The notes below the pieces were generated by a model. It was given only the letters and a program-made list of their open reading frames with translations. It was not told the DNA's origin and searched no databases. 64,000 nt of DNA, taken from assembly GCA_977016875.1 (NCBI GenBank), contig CDRNST010000053.1, positions 248,001 to 312,000 on the forward strand, given 5' to 3'. Both the position numbers and the translations under genes were made by a program. This document shows, in pieces, positions 39,401 through 50,600 of the stretch. The DNA comes from Pavona decussata (Eukaryota). Each line of letters begins with the position of its first letter. The stretch's first letter is position 1.

Positions 39401-42400
39401 AGTCGAGTAACAGGTCTTCCCTTACCATTGAGCACAGCACCCCCCCCCCCTCCCCCCACCTTCATTATATTGTACATGTCTTCGTGTACAAGTCAGTTTT
39501 GTGGTAAATTTTCAATTTAGAGTTTGCTCCGGGCAAGAAAGTAACTTTCCACTTATTTTTCAAATTCATAAAGCAGAAATCATATTGTGACATTCTATTT
39601 AACTTCCAGAAAGGAAAATCCGTAGCGCAACTTACCTGAATCATAAGTGATGGCCATGTAAGATGCGTTAAATCCCGAGTACTGGTCGGTTTGAGATGTA
39701 AATATCACTTGAATGAAATTACCCACAGAGTACACTGGATAAGAAAATGACCAACCGTACAGCTGGAACGGTTGACCGCGGCCATCGTCAGAAGCAACAT
39801 TTGTGATGGTAAGACGTGCTGTTGGCCAATACCAACCAAACGAAGAGTGAAAGGTGATTTTGATGATGTACCCATTGGGAACAGTGATATTCCAGGTACA
39901 ATTGCTGTATTGAGGGACTTTGCTTGGAAAATTGGGACTTGTAAAGAATCCACTTGTTCCAGTAAGAGACTCCCCAGAGTCACAAGCTGTGAAGGAAATT
40001 AACATTTTAGGGCGCGAATACCCTCAACACTGCAAGCTGTTATTGTTGTTGTTTATTTTATGCCAGTTAATTCCAACAAATAATTAAAGAGCCGTTAATC
40101 CTTCCGTAGCATAACTCTCAAAATTTATTCATTTCTTAACCAAAGGCATGTATACAAATTCATTTCTTCATAGACAATGAAATACCTCTTTGACTGTAAA
40201 TATGTGAAACATATATATTGAACTGCGGATGAAATATCAAATAGAAGAAAAAACGTCGCAGTAAGTACGCAACTTAAGCAGTTGCAGAAAGCCTGAAAAA
40301 AAAAATCAGGCTGATCGGGATTCAAACCTGTGACCTCTGCACTCCCGGTGCAGTGCTCTACAAACTGATCAAGCCAACTTGGAGCTGGTCATATTTATGA
40401 AATACGTCTTTGTCTAGATTGTATTTGTAGTTTATTGCTAACCTGATGGAGTCGGAGTTGAGATTCCGGCGTTGGTCGTAGTCGGTGTTGGGCTTGGTGA
40501 GTCTGAAAAATAATTCATACATCGTTTAACACTTTTACGTTTACATTCAGTCTGTTCAAAAACATTAGGAGGCTATTTTCAATGCGGGGTAAGGCCCGAG
40601 CAACTTTTGTGAAGCACTTAATTGAGATGACCTTCAAACTAGACCGAAAAAAACGTAGCCACAGTGATGTACAAGGTTCACCATAGATTATGCCATAAAT
40701 ATCTAAGTGTTCTTAAACCACTCATTATGGCCTAAGAGTGCAAGCCAAAAGAATTACTTCGTACCTCGGCCTCAAAAAATGTTTCCGTTACTGAGGAGTG
40801 GGCGAGGCTATAAAATGAATAACCTGATGAAATAACGAGTTCTCCCTCTCTACAATTATTTAAGACTGCCTTAAGCAGCTATTTCTTAACTTGACTGGTG
40901 TTCTTGTAATTTAATATTAATTATGACATAAATTAGGTACTAGAGTTTTAAAATTAGTTTGTACTATTCGTTAGCTTTGAGTCACCGCTACTCGAATAGC
41001 AGCCTTTTCCTGAATTGTATTACCAGCAAGCAGCTAGCAACCAGCAAGCATGAGATGATTTTTATGAAGGTTACGACATTTTTTAAAGTATACCATCAGA
41101 GATATCCTCTCCTGATTATACTTGTTTCGGATGAAACGTCATCCATCTTCAATACAGAAACCCGCAAGTGGGTGTGAAATAAATACAAGGAGTATCTATT
41201 TACTTTAAAGTACCTTGAGAATAGAAATCTTAAACTACTTCTTTAAGTGGCCACTGCCAGGAACTGCCTCTACATATCGCACGTTGAATCTGGTATTGTT
41301 TGTTTTCTGATATAGGCTATTCTCTTCTTGTAACGAGCGAGAAAAATTATCGTTCGCTTGCGAACGATAAATTAAATCGAAAAATGTTAGACTCCGGGTT
41401 AATGAAAGTAGTTTGACTAGATCATCATAGCGTTGTCGAGACATTTCCTTCTCTATTGATAGAGCAAGTAAATGATTCCGTTTCGTAATGAGGTTCTACC
41501 CTGAGTCTGTGGATGAAATCTGAATAAAAGCAGTACGCTCTTATTACGCTGGTTTTTGTCTTTTTTTATGTACTTCATGGATAACGTTTCAAAATGAAAG
41601 CTACTGATGCCAACTTTTCTTCGGTGATGCTGATTAGTAAGCGGTACGCTTGTGCGGAGATATTTTGTCGGGCTGTTTCTCTTTCATCTCTTGTTTGTTG
41701 GTTTTTCAAAGAGGCCGAAAAATATCTCAAACATCTTTGGCAAAAGAAATAAAAATCAAGCATGATTCTTGTAAGATTCTTACTTCTTCAGTCGACATTT
41801 CTGTTTTTCTTTACGAGTCTTCAGCCTGACTGGATAGATTTAACCTGACCAAACGTTTGTGTATGATGTAGTCACACTTGTTCAAAAATAGCAATATGAT
41901 ACTTTATTTCTTGAACGTGTCTCGCAGATCGTGGATGAAAGCGTGCTTTTTAACAAACAAAATGTTACCTGACAATGACAAAGTAGTTGTGATTCCTGTA
42001 CTCCAGTTTTGGCTCAGGCCTGTTGACACTAATGGCGACGACTCTGCAGCGGATGACACCAACACAGAGGGCCCTGAAGGCGATGCGGACGTAATGTGAT
42101 TAATTTCTGCACTGGAGCTCCCTGCCAGTGAGGAAGAGATGCTCCTCGCCTGATTGCTCGAAACAACAACTGGTGTTGACACCATATCAGAAGATGACCC
42201 CGGAGCAGAGGACACTGAAGGTAGTGCAGATCTAGTTAGATATATTCCCAGAGTGGAGCTTACTGATTTAGATGATGAACTATGTTTTCCTTGGCTGCTT
42301 GAAGAAATTGACGTTGACAATATGGACGAACTTTGATCTGTTGTCACGCTCGAGTTCATTTCGACAGATGACGAGCTGCGTCTCGCCCGACTGCTTGGAA

Positions 42401-45400
42401 CAACAGCTGATAGCGATACCACTTGGGCAGTGCTTTCCGTTGCGAGGCTTGCGGTAAACCAGCGAACAATCTTCGAAGAGCCAACTTCTGCGACTGAGGA
42501 TGACTCCAAAACAGAAGACACTAATGGTAACAAGAACACAGTTAGGTTTTTTTGGCGTTCAAAATTCGAGGAGCAAGAGAAAAGTGGAGGGAAAAACTGA
42601 GGAAAGCTTCTAAGGCAGCGCCAGAGCCACTTCGTTCAGTTTCCGCACCTCCCCATCGTTACTTATATTCAAGTTTTTTTCTCTTGTTTTTCTTCAACAA
42701 CCAACTGTTTTTTACAACACGCACCGTTCGCTCATCTTTCCAACTTTGCGCCTTTGTTCACTTTTAGGCGTGATTAGTACAGAGTAAAAAGCATAATTAT
42801 TCGTACAAAAAAACCACTTTACTCCGAACATCAAAAACCAAACCCGACGCCATGAAAGAGACCTTTCCTGTAACAACTTGCATTCTTCCAGAGTTAAATA
42901 AAAAAGAATCATTAAACGTAAAAAAGGATGGTTCCTTGAAAAAAAGCTTTCAAATTTACAACCAATCTCTTTTCTTTTTCATCTCTTACCTGCCAAAGAC
43001 CAAGAGAATGGAGATCGTGTGGTCAAAGATGTCGCTTGGCTTGCTCGGGCTAAAAGACAAAAAGATACACATCACAACCTCAGTGCACGTACAATAAGGC
43101 AGGTTAATTTTTACTGATTTTTCTAGTGGGTGAAATCCTAAAGTGAGACCGTGAAATGAAAGCTACTGAGAGCTTAGCCTATCCTTAGCTTATCCTCTTG
43201 TTCATTATCTTGTACAAGGTTGTTCTATGCTTTGAGCCTGTGAATGAAACCCTAAAATGTTACCATTCCTTTCAAAATACTGAGCAGTACATTTCCTGAT
43301 GATGTTTATTATGCTGTACAAGATGCGTGTTAAATATGAGTCAGTGAATGTAATTATAAAGTCTCAACATTCAAATGAAAGCCATTTGTAAGCACTTTCC
43401 AGCGGTGCTGTTTATCATGCTTTTCTAACGTTCGAGTCTGTGGATGAAATCCTAAAGTATTACCTTTACTGTACGATACTTTCCAGTGGAGCTGTTTATT
43501 ACGCTTTGCAAGGTGTCTTTATTTTTTGACTAACACAAACATTTTAAATGGAAGCTACTGAAGACAACTGAATTTGTGTTAAGAGATCTGTGAATTTCCT
43601 TGGTGGATGAGATCCTAATGAAGCATCTTTGGTCCTATGTATTACGTTGTAGAGAATGGCTTTTAGTTTTGAGGGAGTTTGTGGATTCACTACAACGTAT
43701 GGTGTTGTTGCTTCTTTTATTTTTGTCTTTTCTACACGATCAAGAAATATGAAAAACTTGTTGAGACAAATAACCGCCGATAATTTACACTTTGACTTCC
43801 TTAAAATTCTCGTTTTCCTCTGCAAGTCTTAAAATTTTACTGTACCTAACCTGTTTAAAACCCGTAGCTCGATGCTTTATCGCCCCGAATATCTTGATGA
43901 ATGAGCGTCTACTAAAAAGCTCTATCCATACGTTATACCCAAACTTCCAAAGACTATTACCTGTTACTGATGAGGTAGTTTTGATTCCCGTGTTTGAATT
44001 TGGCATTGATGCTGTTATCATTGGTGGCGATGCCACTTCTGCGAGTGACGTTCCCAACACAGAGGTCAGTGACCCCAACAGGGATGTGTTTTGATCTATT
44101 GACACACTGTAGTTTACTTCCACTAAGGAAGAACTGCTTTTCGCCCGACTGTTTAAAACACTTTCTGATAACTGCACCACTGCTGAGGATGAGGCGTCGA
44201 GTGCGGATGTACTTTGATCTATTGTCACCCTGGAGCTCACCGTCACAGATGACAAGCCGCCCATTACTAGGATGCTTGACATAATTGGCGTTGGGGATAT
44301 GGATTTACTTTGTTCTTTGGTTTTCACTTTCGAGCTCATTGCCACAAGTGACGAGCTAGTTGTCGCTTGGTCGCTTGAAACAGCAGGTGATGGTAACATC
44401 AATACAGCTGAGAAGGACTTTGCCACAGAAGACACTAATGGAAATGTAGATACACTTAGCTTCTTTCACTTTAAATTCTTTCCTGTTTGTTTGTTTGTTT
44501 GTTTTTCTATTTTCTCAAAGTAGTGTTTCCGTTCGCTCGCCACTCAACACGAGCGCCTGAAAAGCCGGTCAGGTTCGCTTTCAATTGACTGCTATCCCGA
44601 ATAACGCACTGGGAATTATAGCCTCTCAGGCAGTCGTTTTTAAGGGCGTCGTACTCTCCTCCCTAAAAACGACTTCGTGGGAGGCTATGGGAATTACAGC
44701 AGTTAGCAGTGACACGCAACCCACTGCCTTCAAAAGAGTCGGTTAAAGTCATAAGCGTACCGGCAATTTACTGGGGTCATTACAGAGTTAACAAATGCTA
44801 TTTCAATGTTAATCAGTACAATGTTACTGACATGCTATCACCTCATGGTGCTGCAAAGGTAGCCAAGTTTTTAATCTGAGCAACGCAATAAATTATCGTT
44901 CTGCAGAACATCATGTAGCAAGTGTCACTGCAAGGGTTTGCACCACATTGGAAAACTCTAGCACCATATCGAAAAGTCAGTTTTCATGCACTGTCAGCAG
45001 TATTTCTGAAACAGTCATGGACCCGAATCCGCGTACATTTTCTCCTCGGCTTCCAAAATTTCGCCCGTCTATTTCGTAAAACTTATCGTTGCGAAAGAAA
45101 CTCTTTTTATTACGTGTTTCACTGTGGCAGATATCTAGAAATCGTCAAAGAAATTTTCAAAGAAATTGTCGAGTATCTATCATTGACAAGTAGTCACATG
45201 ACATTTGTCTTTAAATTTTGCCATGCCATAGGTAAGCATTCGCAAATTTTTCAAAATCAGTTATTACAAGAGCGAATTTTGTTTGTCTTTGAAAAATTAT
45301 ATCCTGTTCACTCAAAAGCGTTTATATACCTTTACAATTTAAAATGGTTACTTACCAAGTGGCATAGTCTGAGCCTGCACTCCGGCTATCACAACTGTAA

Positions 45401-46179
45401 AGGGAATTTAAGTATAAACATTAAATATAAACTATAGAAGAATGCACTTTACTTCATAGCCGCCATGCTGGTGTACCGTCAACAAATTAAGGGTCCACAG
45501 CTAGCCTCTCAACTTCGTCCGCAGTGCCCTGGGAAAATTCAAAATGGCGGACGGCGAAGAATCTGCCGCACGTTATAAAAATACTCCATGATTTGAAGAG
45601 TATTTTGTCACATGAAACACTTGATTTTGGTCTTCGCTACACTTCTTCCGAGATCAAATATGCGGCCTATATTTGATAGCGGTGACAAAAGTATTTTTGT
45701 TTCTGTTTAAAGTGACAAAATACTTCACGATTCGTGGAGCATTTCTGCTGCGTGTACCAGGGTCTTTGCCGCCCCCCATTTTGAATTTTGCGAGGACCCT
45801 GAGGCCGACATTGTTGGCATGTTTTCTGCTATGTCACACTGAGACTGCCATATGAGTCTCTAGGGATTAGTAGCATACGCGCTATACTGAAAGAAATGGC
45901 AGGTGAAATAACTGGTCAGGTTGAAGTTTACAACCTGTTCCATACTAACATGAACAGCCTGTTTCAGTCTCCAAAATTACGAAAAAAGAGTTCCTGTCCA
46001 CCAACATGGCCGCAAGGGTGACGTCACATGCAAGCCATCAATAAAATACAAAAACTCAGTTTCTTCGTTTACTTTGCAACGTGAAGAATAGTTGTAACTA
46101 ATTTAAAAACAACTAAAATAGAAAAATACTTACGGGAAAGCAGGATCAGCAAACTCAGAATGACAATCCTTTTCTCCAT
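9358..46179 (-). CDS. Spliced gene (>=12 coding exons) for a secreted or cell-surface mucin-like CUB x4 + SEA domain protein; 3' end unresolved
   Basis: Exons 46134-46179, 45356-45394, 43961-44434, 42990-43049, 41969-42520, 40443-40502, 39636-39986, 21972-22418, 20728-21084, 11968-12351, 10491-10847 and 9358-9402 have GT/AG boundaries and phase-1 junctions. Internal exon lengths are multiples of 3 and they join into one open frame of 3172 nt. Confidence 0.88.
10491..10847 (-). CDS. Coding exon 11: SEA domain
   Basis: FRATISVDEIYKSAYVNLNSEESRAF...VKKLSSGSVVVDFDIV carries the SEA GSVVV motif; 357 nt; donor gtgaga. Confidence 0.88.
11968..12351 (-). CDS. Coding exon 10: CUB domain B'
   Basis: VCPRSMILNETAGVITSPFYPRGYP...CTCDYLEI...FVSD...GFKANY; 384 nt; paralogous to exon 8. 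Confidence 0.9.
12440..12499. mobile_element. 60-bp perfectly palindromic micro-transposon
   Basis: 30+30 perfect inverted repeat; 8-bp TSD AAGAATAT at 12432-39 and 12500-07. Confidence 0.9.
13814..13990. mobile_element. MITE
   Basis: TIR aacaggccatttccgagtt / aactcggaaatggcctatt. Confidence 0.75.
14936..15133 (+). pseudogene. Truncated N-terminal C-x2-C zinc-finger-like ORF of a TE fragment
   Basis: TPKTISK..CCRLCKSVGD..KNIYAKGN..LLAAAEDIY stops abruptly; it follows the repeat gcaacctcgttcccagggtc at 14713. Confidence 0.4.
15135..16660 (-). pseudogene. Three-exon decayed gene inside the Sola3 element (unassigned TE-type protein)
   Basis: Splice sites at 16277, 16200, ~16095 and 15579; near-open frame ...LAEVTFPVIAP...YKKLIFQNGDSTVVLNRTILPSDL with one stop and a probable frameshift. 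Confidence 0.5.
17078..17600. repeat. ~135-bp imperfect tandem repeats
   Basis: tccctaatgagat x3, gtacgactcgtacga x3. Confidence 0.8.
18300..19275 (+). mobile_element. Decayed CR1/L2-group LINE 3' fragment with a MITE inside
   Basis: IHPYLIYG..WG, QKRALRMI, HSYNTRSSTSGNF, RFGVRL*NEIP remnants; tail aataaacttgaataaacgtgaat. Confidence 0.7.
18924..19102. mobile_element. MITE (Harbinger-like)
   Basis: TIR atagagtgttttca / tgaaaacgctctat; internal ggcggccatgttg repeats. Confidence 0.75.
20728..21084 (-). CDS. Coding exon 9: CUB domain A'
   Basis: ACSSGKVLSGSGGSFSSPNFPSNFPSYIKCTWNITVPSGYIIKLSF...GFNASY; 357 nt; paralogous to exon 7. Confidence 0.9.
21972..22418 (-). CDS. Coding exon 8: CUB domain B with a Tyr/His-rich insertion
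   Basis: VCPN...SGIITSPFYPRNYP...CSWQI...CTCDHLEI...FLSD...GFKATY; 447 nt. Confidence 0.9.
24642..25221. mobile_element. ~580-bp unclassified insertion at the start of Gypsy gag
   Basis: Removing it restores MATSDSGQFRISPPQEVNSGNL; tccggac occurs at both junctions; internal cattatgcc/ggcataatg repeats. Confidence 0.6.
26626..26883. mobile_element. Tc1/mariner-type MITE in Gypsy RT
   Basis: Long imperfect TIRs cagctatttcaattaacgttgtcgg / ccgacaatgttagttgaaatgactg and TA duplication; removal restores KLGICIDP. Confidence 0.85.
28228..29362 (-). mobile_element. Internally deleted L1/Tx1-like LINE derivative in Gypsy (approximate ends)
   Basis: ORF1-like SRRWNLIFHGIPE..AHSLG..RPIIVRF joined directly to an ORF2 C-terminus-like LSEDVILFG..LNYILLIAKYHIF, then a T-rich 3' UTR with aataaa. 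Confidence 0.7.
30896..31138. mobile_element. MITE in the IS3EU intron
   Basis: TIR aataggccattttataactgtg / cacaactgtaaaatggttgtt. Confidence 0.6.
32925..33500 (-). pseudogene. Remnant of the IS3EU second (accessory, possibly HECT-like) gene
   Basis: LTFDEYR..ERISRF..EVTIQI..GSTLPLKV..FTLLY and DDDVLDFLFSYKC..PTNENIVQILSELSHQEIVQ. Family resemblance is from recall; stops present. Confidence 0.5.
36211..36381. other. Assembly gap (171 N)
   Basis: Run of N. Confidence 1.
36938..37485. mobile_element. Tc1/pogo-like non-autonomous element
   Basis: Ends tagagtcaaacctc / gaggtttgactgta; repeated gtggtcgctta. Confidence 0.6.
39636..39986 (-). CDS. Coding exon 7: CUB domain A
   Basis: ACDSGESLTGTSGFFTSPNFP...CTWNITVP...VIFTS...GFNASY are CUB motifs; 351 nt; donor gtaagt. 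Confidence 0.9.
40195..40395 (-). mobile_element. tRNA-derived SINE-like repeat
   Basis: Minus strand has A-box-like tcagtttgtagagca and B-box-like ggtttgaatcc, then agcctgatttttttttcaggct. Confidence 0.7.
40443..40502 (-). CDS. Coding exon 6: 60-nt Pro/Thr micro-exon (DSPSPTPTTTNAGISTPTPS)
   Basis: Acceptor tttttcag, donor gttagc, frame-preserving. Confidence 0.75.
41969..42520 (-). CDS. Coding exon 5: Ser/Thr-rich mucin-like segment 2
   Basis: 552 nt, VSSVLES...TTLSLS, same acceptor context (ccattag/tgtcttctgt) as exon 3, donor gtaaca. Confidence 0.82.
42990..43049 (-). CDS. Coding exon 4: 60-nt Ser/Thr micro-exon (ARASQATSLTTRSPFSWSLA)
   Basis: Acceptor ctttttgtcttttag, donor gtaaga, frame-preserving. 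Confidence 0.7.
43090..43565. repeat. Degenerate ~105-bp tandem satellite, with a partial unit also at ~41500-41605
   Basis: Recurring gagtctgtggatgaaatcctaaa...aaatgaaagctactgag...tgtttattatgctgtacaag. Confidence 0.75.
43961..44434 (-). CDS. Coding exon 3: Ser/Thr-rich mucin-like segment 1
   Basis: 474 nt, VSSVAKS...TTSSVT, acceptor ccattag, donor gtaata; lies within ORF 43785..44435. Confidence 0.82.
44619..44687. mobile_element. 69-bp TAGCCT-terminus micro-transposon
   Basis: Termini tagcctc / gaggcta; flanking duplication tgggaatta. Confidence 0.8.
45356..45394 (-). CDS. Coding exon 2: signal peptide end (LVIAGVQA/QTMPL)
   Basis: 39-nt exon with acceptor tttacag and donor gtaagt; it completes a signal peptide with a V-x-A cleavage motif. 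Confidence 0.85.
46134..46179 (-). CDS. Coding exon 1: start codon and signal peptide N-part (MEKRIVILSLLILLS)
   Basis: ATG at 46179, basic then hydrophobic residues, donor gtaagt at 46133. An acceptor (ttttattcccattag) 5 nt upstream implies a 5'-UTR intron. Confidence 0.85.
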
Positions 46180-47639
46180 TCGCTCTAATGGGAATAAAAA
46201 TTTCAATTGAAAGAGAACATGCTACAAGTCATGACTAAAACCTGTAACTTTTTGAGGCAATAAAGTTATATTAATATAAATTACCCCAATAAACGGGGCG
46301 CTTGCACTAAATGATCACCTTTGATTCGCATCAGAAAGGTGTAACAAAGCTGCGCAAAACAAAAACCTCTGACTACCTTTGACATATCTTGATAATAGCA
46401 TTTTACATCAACTTTTACATCAATGGTGTTATACCTTTGGGACGTGTGAAAGGTACCTTTGCACAAGTAAAAAAAACACTTGGCAAGACTTAAAGCCTGC
46501 CTTGAACGTTTATTAAATTTACCACGTTTGACATAATAAGTCAAAGCTGAGTTAAAAGTGAGTGGTTAAAGCGATATCTCGTAAAATGTTATGAAAAAAC
46601 TTGGTATCTTACAAAGGGAGTTGTAATCGAAACGATTTGTGTTGTAGTTGTTTTGTTGTGAGCCTTTAATATTGAAATCGGAAATCTACAAAAATCAATT
46701 TTTCAGACTCGTCGAAGAGGTCATATACTCACAGAGTTTCCCCAACAAATAAATGTTTTGCGTTAAATATAATTTTCAGAAGAACATGTTGTCATGTTCT
46801 CTTGTTTCATTTCATCCATGAGTGCAAACATTTACTTGCATTTTTCTGTTATTTACTTTTGTATAAAAAGTATTAAGAAAAATTGTCAAGTGTTTAAATA
46901 AAATGCTTGCTTAATGAGCTTTTTTGATAGTTTCATTAGTGCCCTCTAGTGACTTGGTGTCGTACACCCAGACAGGATGAAAAAGACTTGACTCCTAGGA
47001 GGTGGCCATTGGATTTTATCTTTTCTACAGTATCATAGGATATCTCTGGATCGATGGCAACTGGCCCCCAGAAGGGGGGACTCCTCCTCTCTTTCCAAGG
47101 GCAATTATAAAGTATCTACTTAGAGATTTGATTAATTGATGATTAATTGATTTATCGACGCTTCTTTCCATTAAAAGCTAAGTTTAAAATGCATTTGTAT
47201 GGTAAAGGGAAAATTGTAGGTATCAATTTCATAAGCTCTCGAACATTTCATAAAACAAAAGCTAAGTGAAAGTGAACGTGTTAACTATTACATTCCAATA
47301 AAATGTGCACTTGGTATGTAGTAGCTAGGTTAAGGAATGGCACAAAAGGGAGGCATCCCCCCCTCCCCCATCCTTTGAAACTTTATCGGGAACCCGGGGA
47401 ATGTGGATTGGTGGGTTTTATATTAGAGATACATAACCTGTTTTGAAAGAACTTGAACGATGCGCCTGATTATGTATCATGCTTTGGTCTGGTACATGTA
47501 TAAGGAAGGGTACAAGACGGGTTGTTTGTCTGGTGTATAGGACACTTTTTCGTCTAGACGCATAATCTGTATTATGCCCGTCTTTACACCAAACGACCTA
47601 GTAGGCAGTCGTCGGACTGTTGTCCATGACTTAGCACGT

Positions 47640-50600
47640 TTACGAACATTTTCATCGGCAACTATTCAATCCAATTCGTGAACGGCAGACACGGCCAGCA
47701 TCTCACAGATATAGCCTGATGCTGCTGCCTTTGCAGCAGCCTTTCTCATTGCTGGCTTTGCGTCGGCTTTGGCTTTCAGCTTTGTTTCCCCTGCTCAGAA
47801 TGTCTGACTACACATGGTCTTCTATTTGCCTCGATCTGTAGCAAGTGGTTCCAAGTTGTCGGTTGTCAGACCAGTCTCAAGTATGTCTCTCTTGCAAACA
47901 TCCCTGAAGCGTAGCTTAGGTCTGACAACAGGACTCCAACCAAGTTCCAGCTTCCATTCGGCGAACATGGCCCAACCACCTCAGTCTACGCTGTCTGAGG
48001 AGGGTGTACATCGAGAGAATACCTGCTCTTTCACGTACGGCACTGTTGGAGACCTTATCAGTCCACGAAATAGACAGGATGCGGGGAAAGCATCTCATAT
48101 GAAAGATGTGCAAGCACTTCTCTTGCCCAGCATAAGTGGTCTAGGACTCGCTGCCTTAAAGTAAGGGGTTCACAATGCAGGCACGATACACAGAATTTTA
48201 GTGTGTATAGTGAGTTCATTGTTCTCCCACACTCGAGCGGAAAGCTTGGACATGTTGGTTGCAGCCTTTCCAATTCTTTTTCCGAGCTCCACATCGAGAG
48301 AGACATTGCCAGAGGTGGTAGAGCCAAGATAGTTAAACTACGAGACAACATCCAGGGTGTAATCTTTGATGGTTAGCGCAGGCGTATCTTCGGAGCCTTG
48401 GCGCATGACGTTTGTCTTCTTAAGGCTAATCCTGAGGCTGAAATCCTCGCACGCATTAGAGAACCGGTCGAGAAGGTTCTAGAGCTTTTCTTCACTGTGT
48501 GCGTGAAGGGTAACATCATCAGCGAAGAGAAAGTCGCGCAGCATTAATTTGCGAACTTTGGTCTTTGCTAGAAGGCGTGTAGGGTGGAAGAGTTTCCCGT
48601 CACATCGAGTGCGTAACAGGATGCCTTTATCAGCTGAACTAGCTGACCTGAACGCGTGTTTCAGGAGGACGGACAAGAAGATGTTAAAGAGTGTTGGAGT
48701 CAGTACACAGCCTTGTTTCACGCCACTGTTTATGCCGAATGCCTCTGACATGCTTCCATCATATTGCACAGTGCCCCGTGTCCCATCATGAAATGACTTG
48801 ATGAAGCTCAGGAGTTTTGGAGGGCAGCCCATTAATGGCAGGATCTTAAAAAGCCCATCTCTACTGACCAAGTCAAAGGCCTTTGTTAGACTGATAAATG
48901 CGATGAAAAGGGGCTGTTGTTGCTCTCGGCACTTCTCCTGGAGTTGCCTCAGGGAGACCATACCCACTGTCGAGCGCTTGGAGCAGAAACCACATTGGGA
49001 TTCAGGGGACACCCTCTCAGCGAGTTGTTGTAGGCGGTGTAGTGCTACTCGGGCAAACATTTTTCCAGCAATGCATAGTAGTGAGATGCCACGATAGTTA
49101 TTGCGGTCGTTGCGGTCACCATTGTACTTGAACCGGGTTATGATGGTGGAGTCTCTCCTCTCCTGTGGGACTGATCCCTCCTCCCAGCACCTGCAGAGCA
49201 GCTGATGGAGAGCATCAAGCAGCTCGCTTCCACAACATTTGAATACTTCATCCGGGATGCCATCCTGTCCTGGGGCCTTGCCATATGATATCTCCAAGAT
49301 TTCCCTTGAGAGTTCTTCTTTGGAGTGAACGTCATCTAACTCAAGAAATGTAGGAAGCCTCTAGGGTACAGGGTGAGACAAAGTTCGTACCACCATAGAG
49401 CTCACTGTAGTGCTCCGCCCAGTACAACATCAGTTTCGACTTGTCAATAATGGTCTCCCCGGTTGATGTCTTCAGTGGAGCGCACTTTGACTGTGTAGCT
49501 CCAATTGCCTTCTTGATGCCCTCAAACAAGCTCCCGATATTTCCAGCGTCAGCGACTGACTGGATCTCAGCACAGAGACTCATCCAGTAGTTGTTGGCAC
49601 AGTTCTTACATTCTTCTTCTGCACGGCTTCTGGCCTGGCGGAGTGCTTCCGGGTAACGTTTTGAACGGGTATGCTGGTAGTTCTGCAGGGCATCCCTTTT
49701 TTCTTTAATTAAAGGTTAAAGGATCGCGATGTTTGCGTTGAACCAATCTTGGCTTTTGGGTTCCTTCTTACCGAAAGTCTGCAGTGCTGCAGCATGTGTC
49801 GCGTTCCTGATGTGTTGCCAGTGATCATCTGTATCGAGCTCTTGGCAGTCCTCGAGTTTGGTGCTCAGGATGCCCTTGAATAGTGAGACTTTTTCAGGGA
49901 TGGCAGTGGCAGTAGTATTGATGCGATTTTTGGCAGGTTGCTTAACATGATGAAATTTCTTTGGGCGCATCTGTATCTTTATGCAGACAAGGGAGTGAAC
50001 AATGTCGCAATCAACACCTTGGTATGCTCTCGTTATGCGAATGCTGTTGAGATGCTCCCGTCGTGAGATGATGAGGTCTGAACTGATGCCAGCTTTTGGA
50101 TCTGGAGTGCATCTACGAGAAGCTATGTGACATCTTTGTGGCAAAGAATATGTTCCTAATGCAAAGATGATGGTAAGTACAGAACTCCAGCAGACGTTGC
50201 CCATTATCGTTGTATTTGCCAGTACCAAAATGACCTAGGCAATTGGGCCGAGAGGCTCGGTCATTGCCCACTTTTGCATTGAAGTCACCAAGAAAAATCA
50301 GTGCTTCGTTCTTCGGAATATGCTTGATAGCTTCATCGAGTTGGCTGTAGAAGGCATCCTTAGCGTCAGAGCTAGAAGTCAAGATTGGAGCATAGACAGA
50401 AAGCAAGTTGGTGGTGCCTGAATCAGTGTGCATGAGACCCTCTGACTTTGTTGAAACTGGCTCCACCATCTGAGTCAGCTTGTTGCTGACAGCAAAACCG
50501 ACTCCATACTCTCTAGGTTCGTCTTTGGTTTTGCCATGTCAGAAGAATGTGTACTCCTTTTTCTTAAGGCTTCCCGAACCAGCTAGGAGGGATTCCTGTA

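Noticed and set aside
41235-41444. Possible extra or degenerate exon
   Set aside because: No convincing phase-1 splice pair or domain motif.
44922-45437. 171-aa + strand ORF
   Set aside because: Non-ATG start, no recognisable motifs, intronic and antisense to exon 2.
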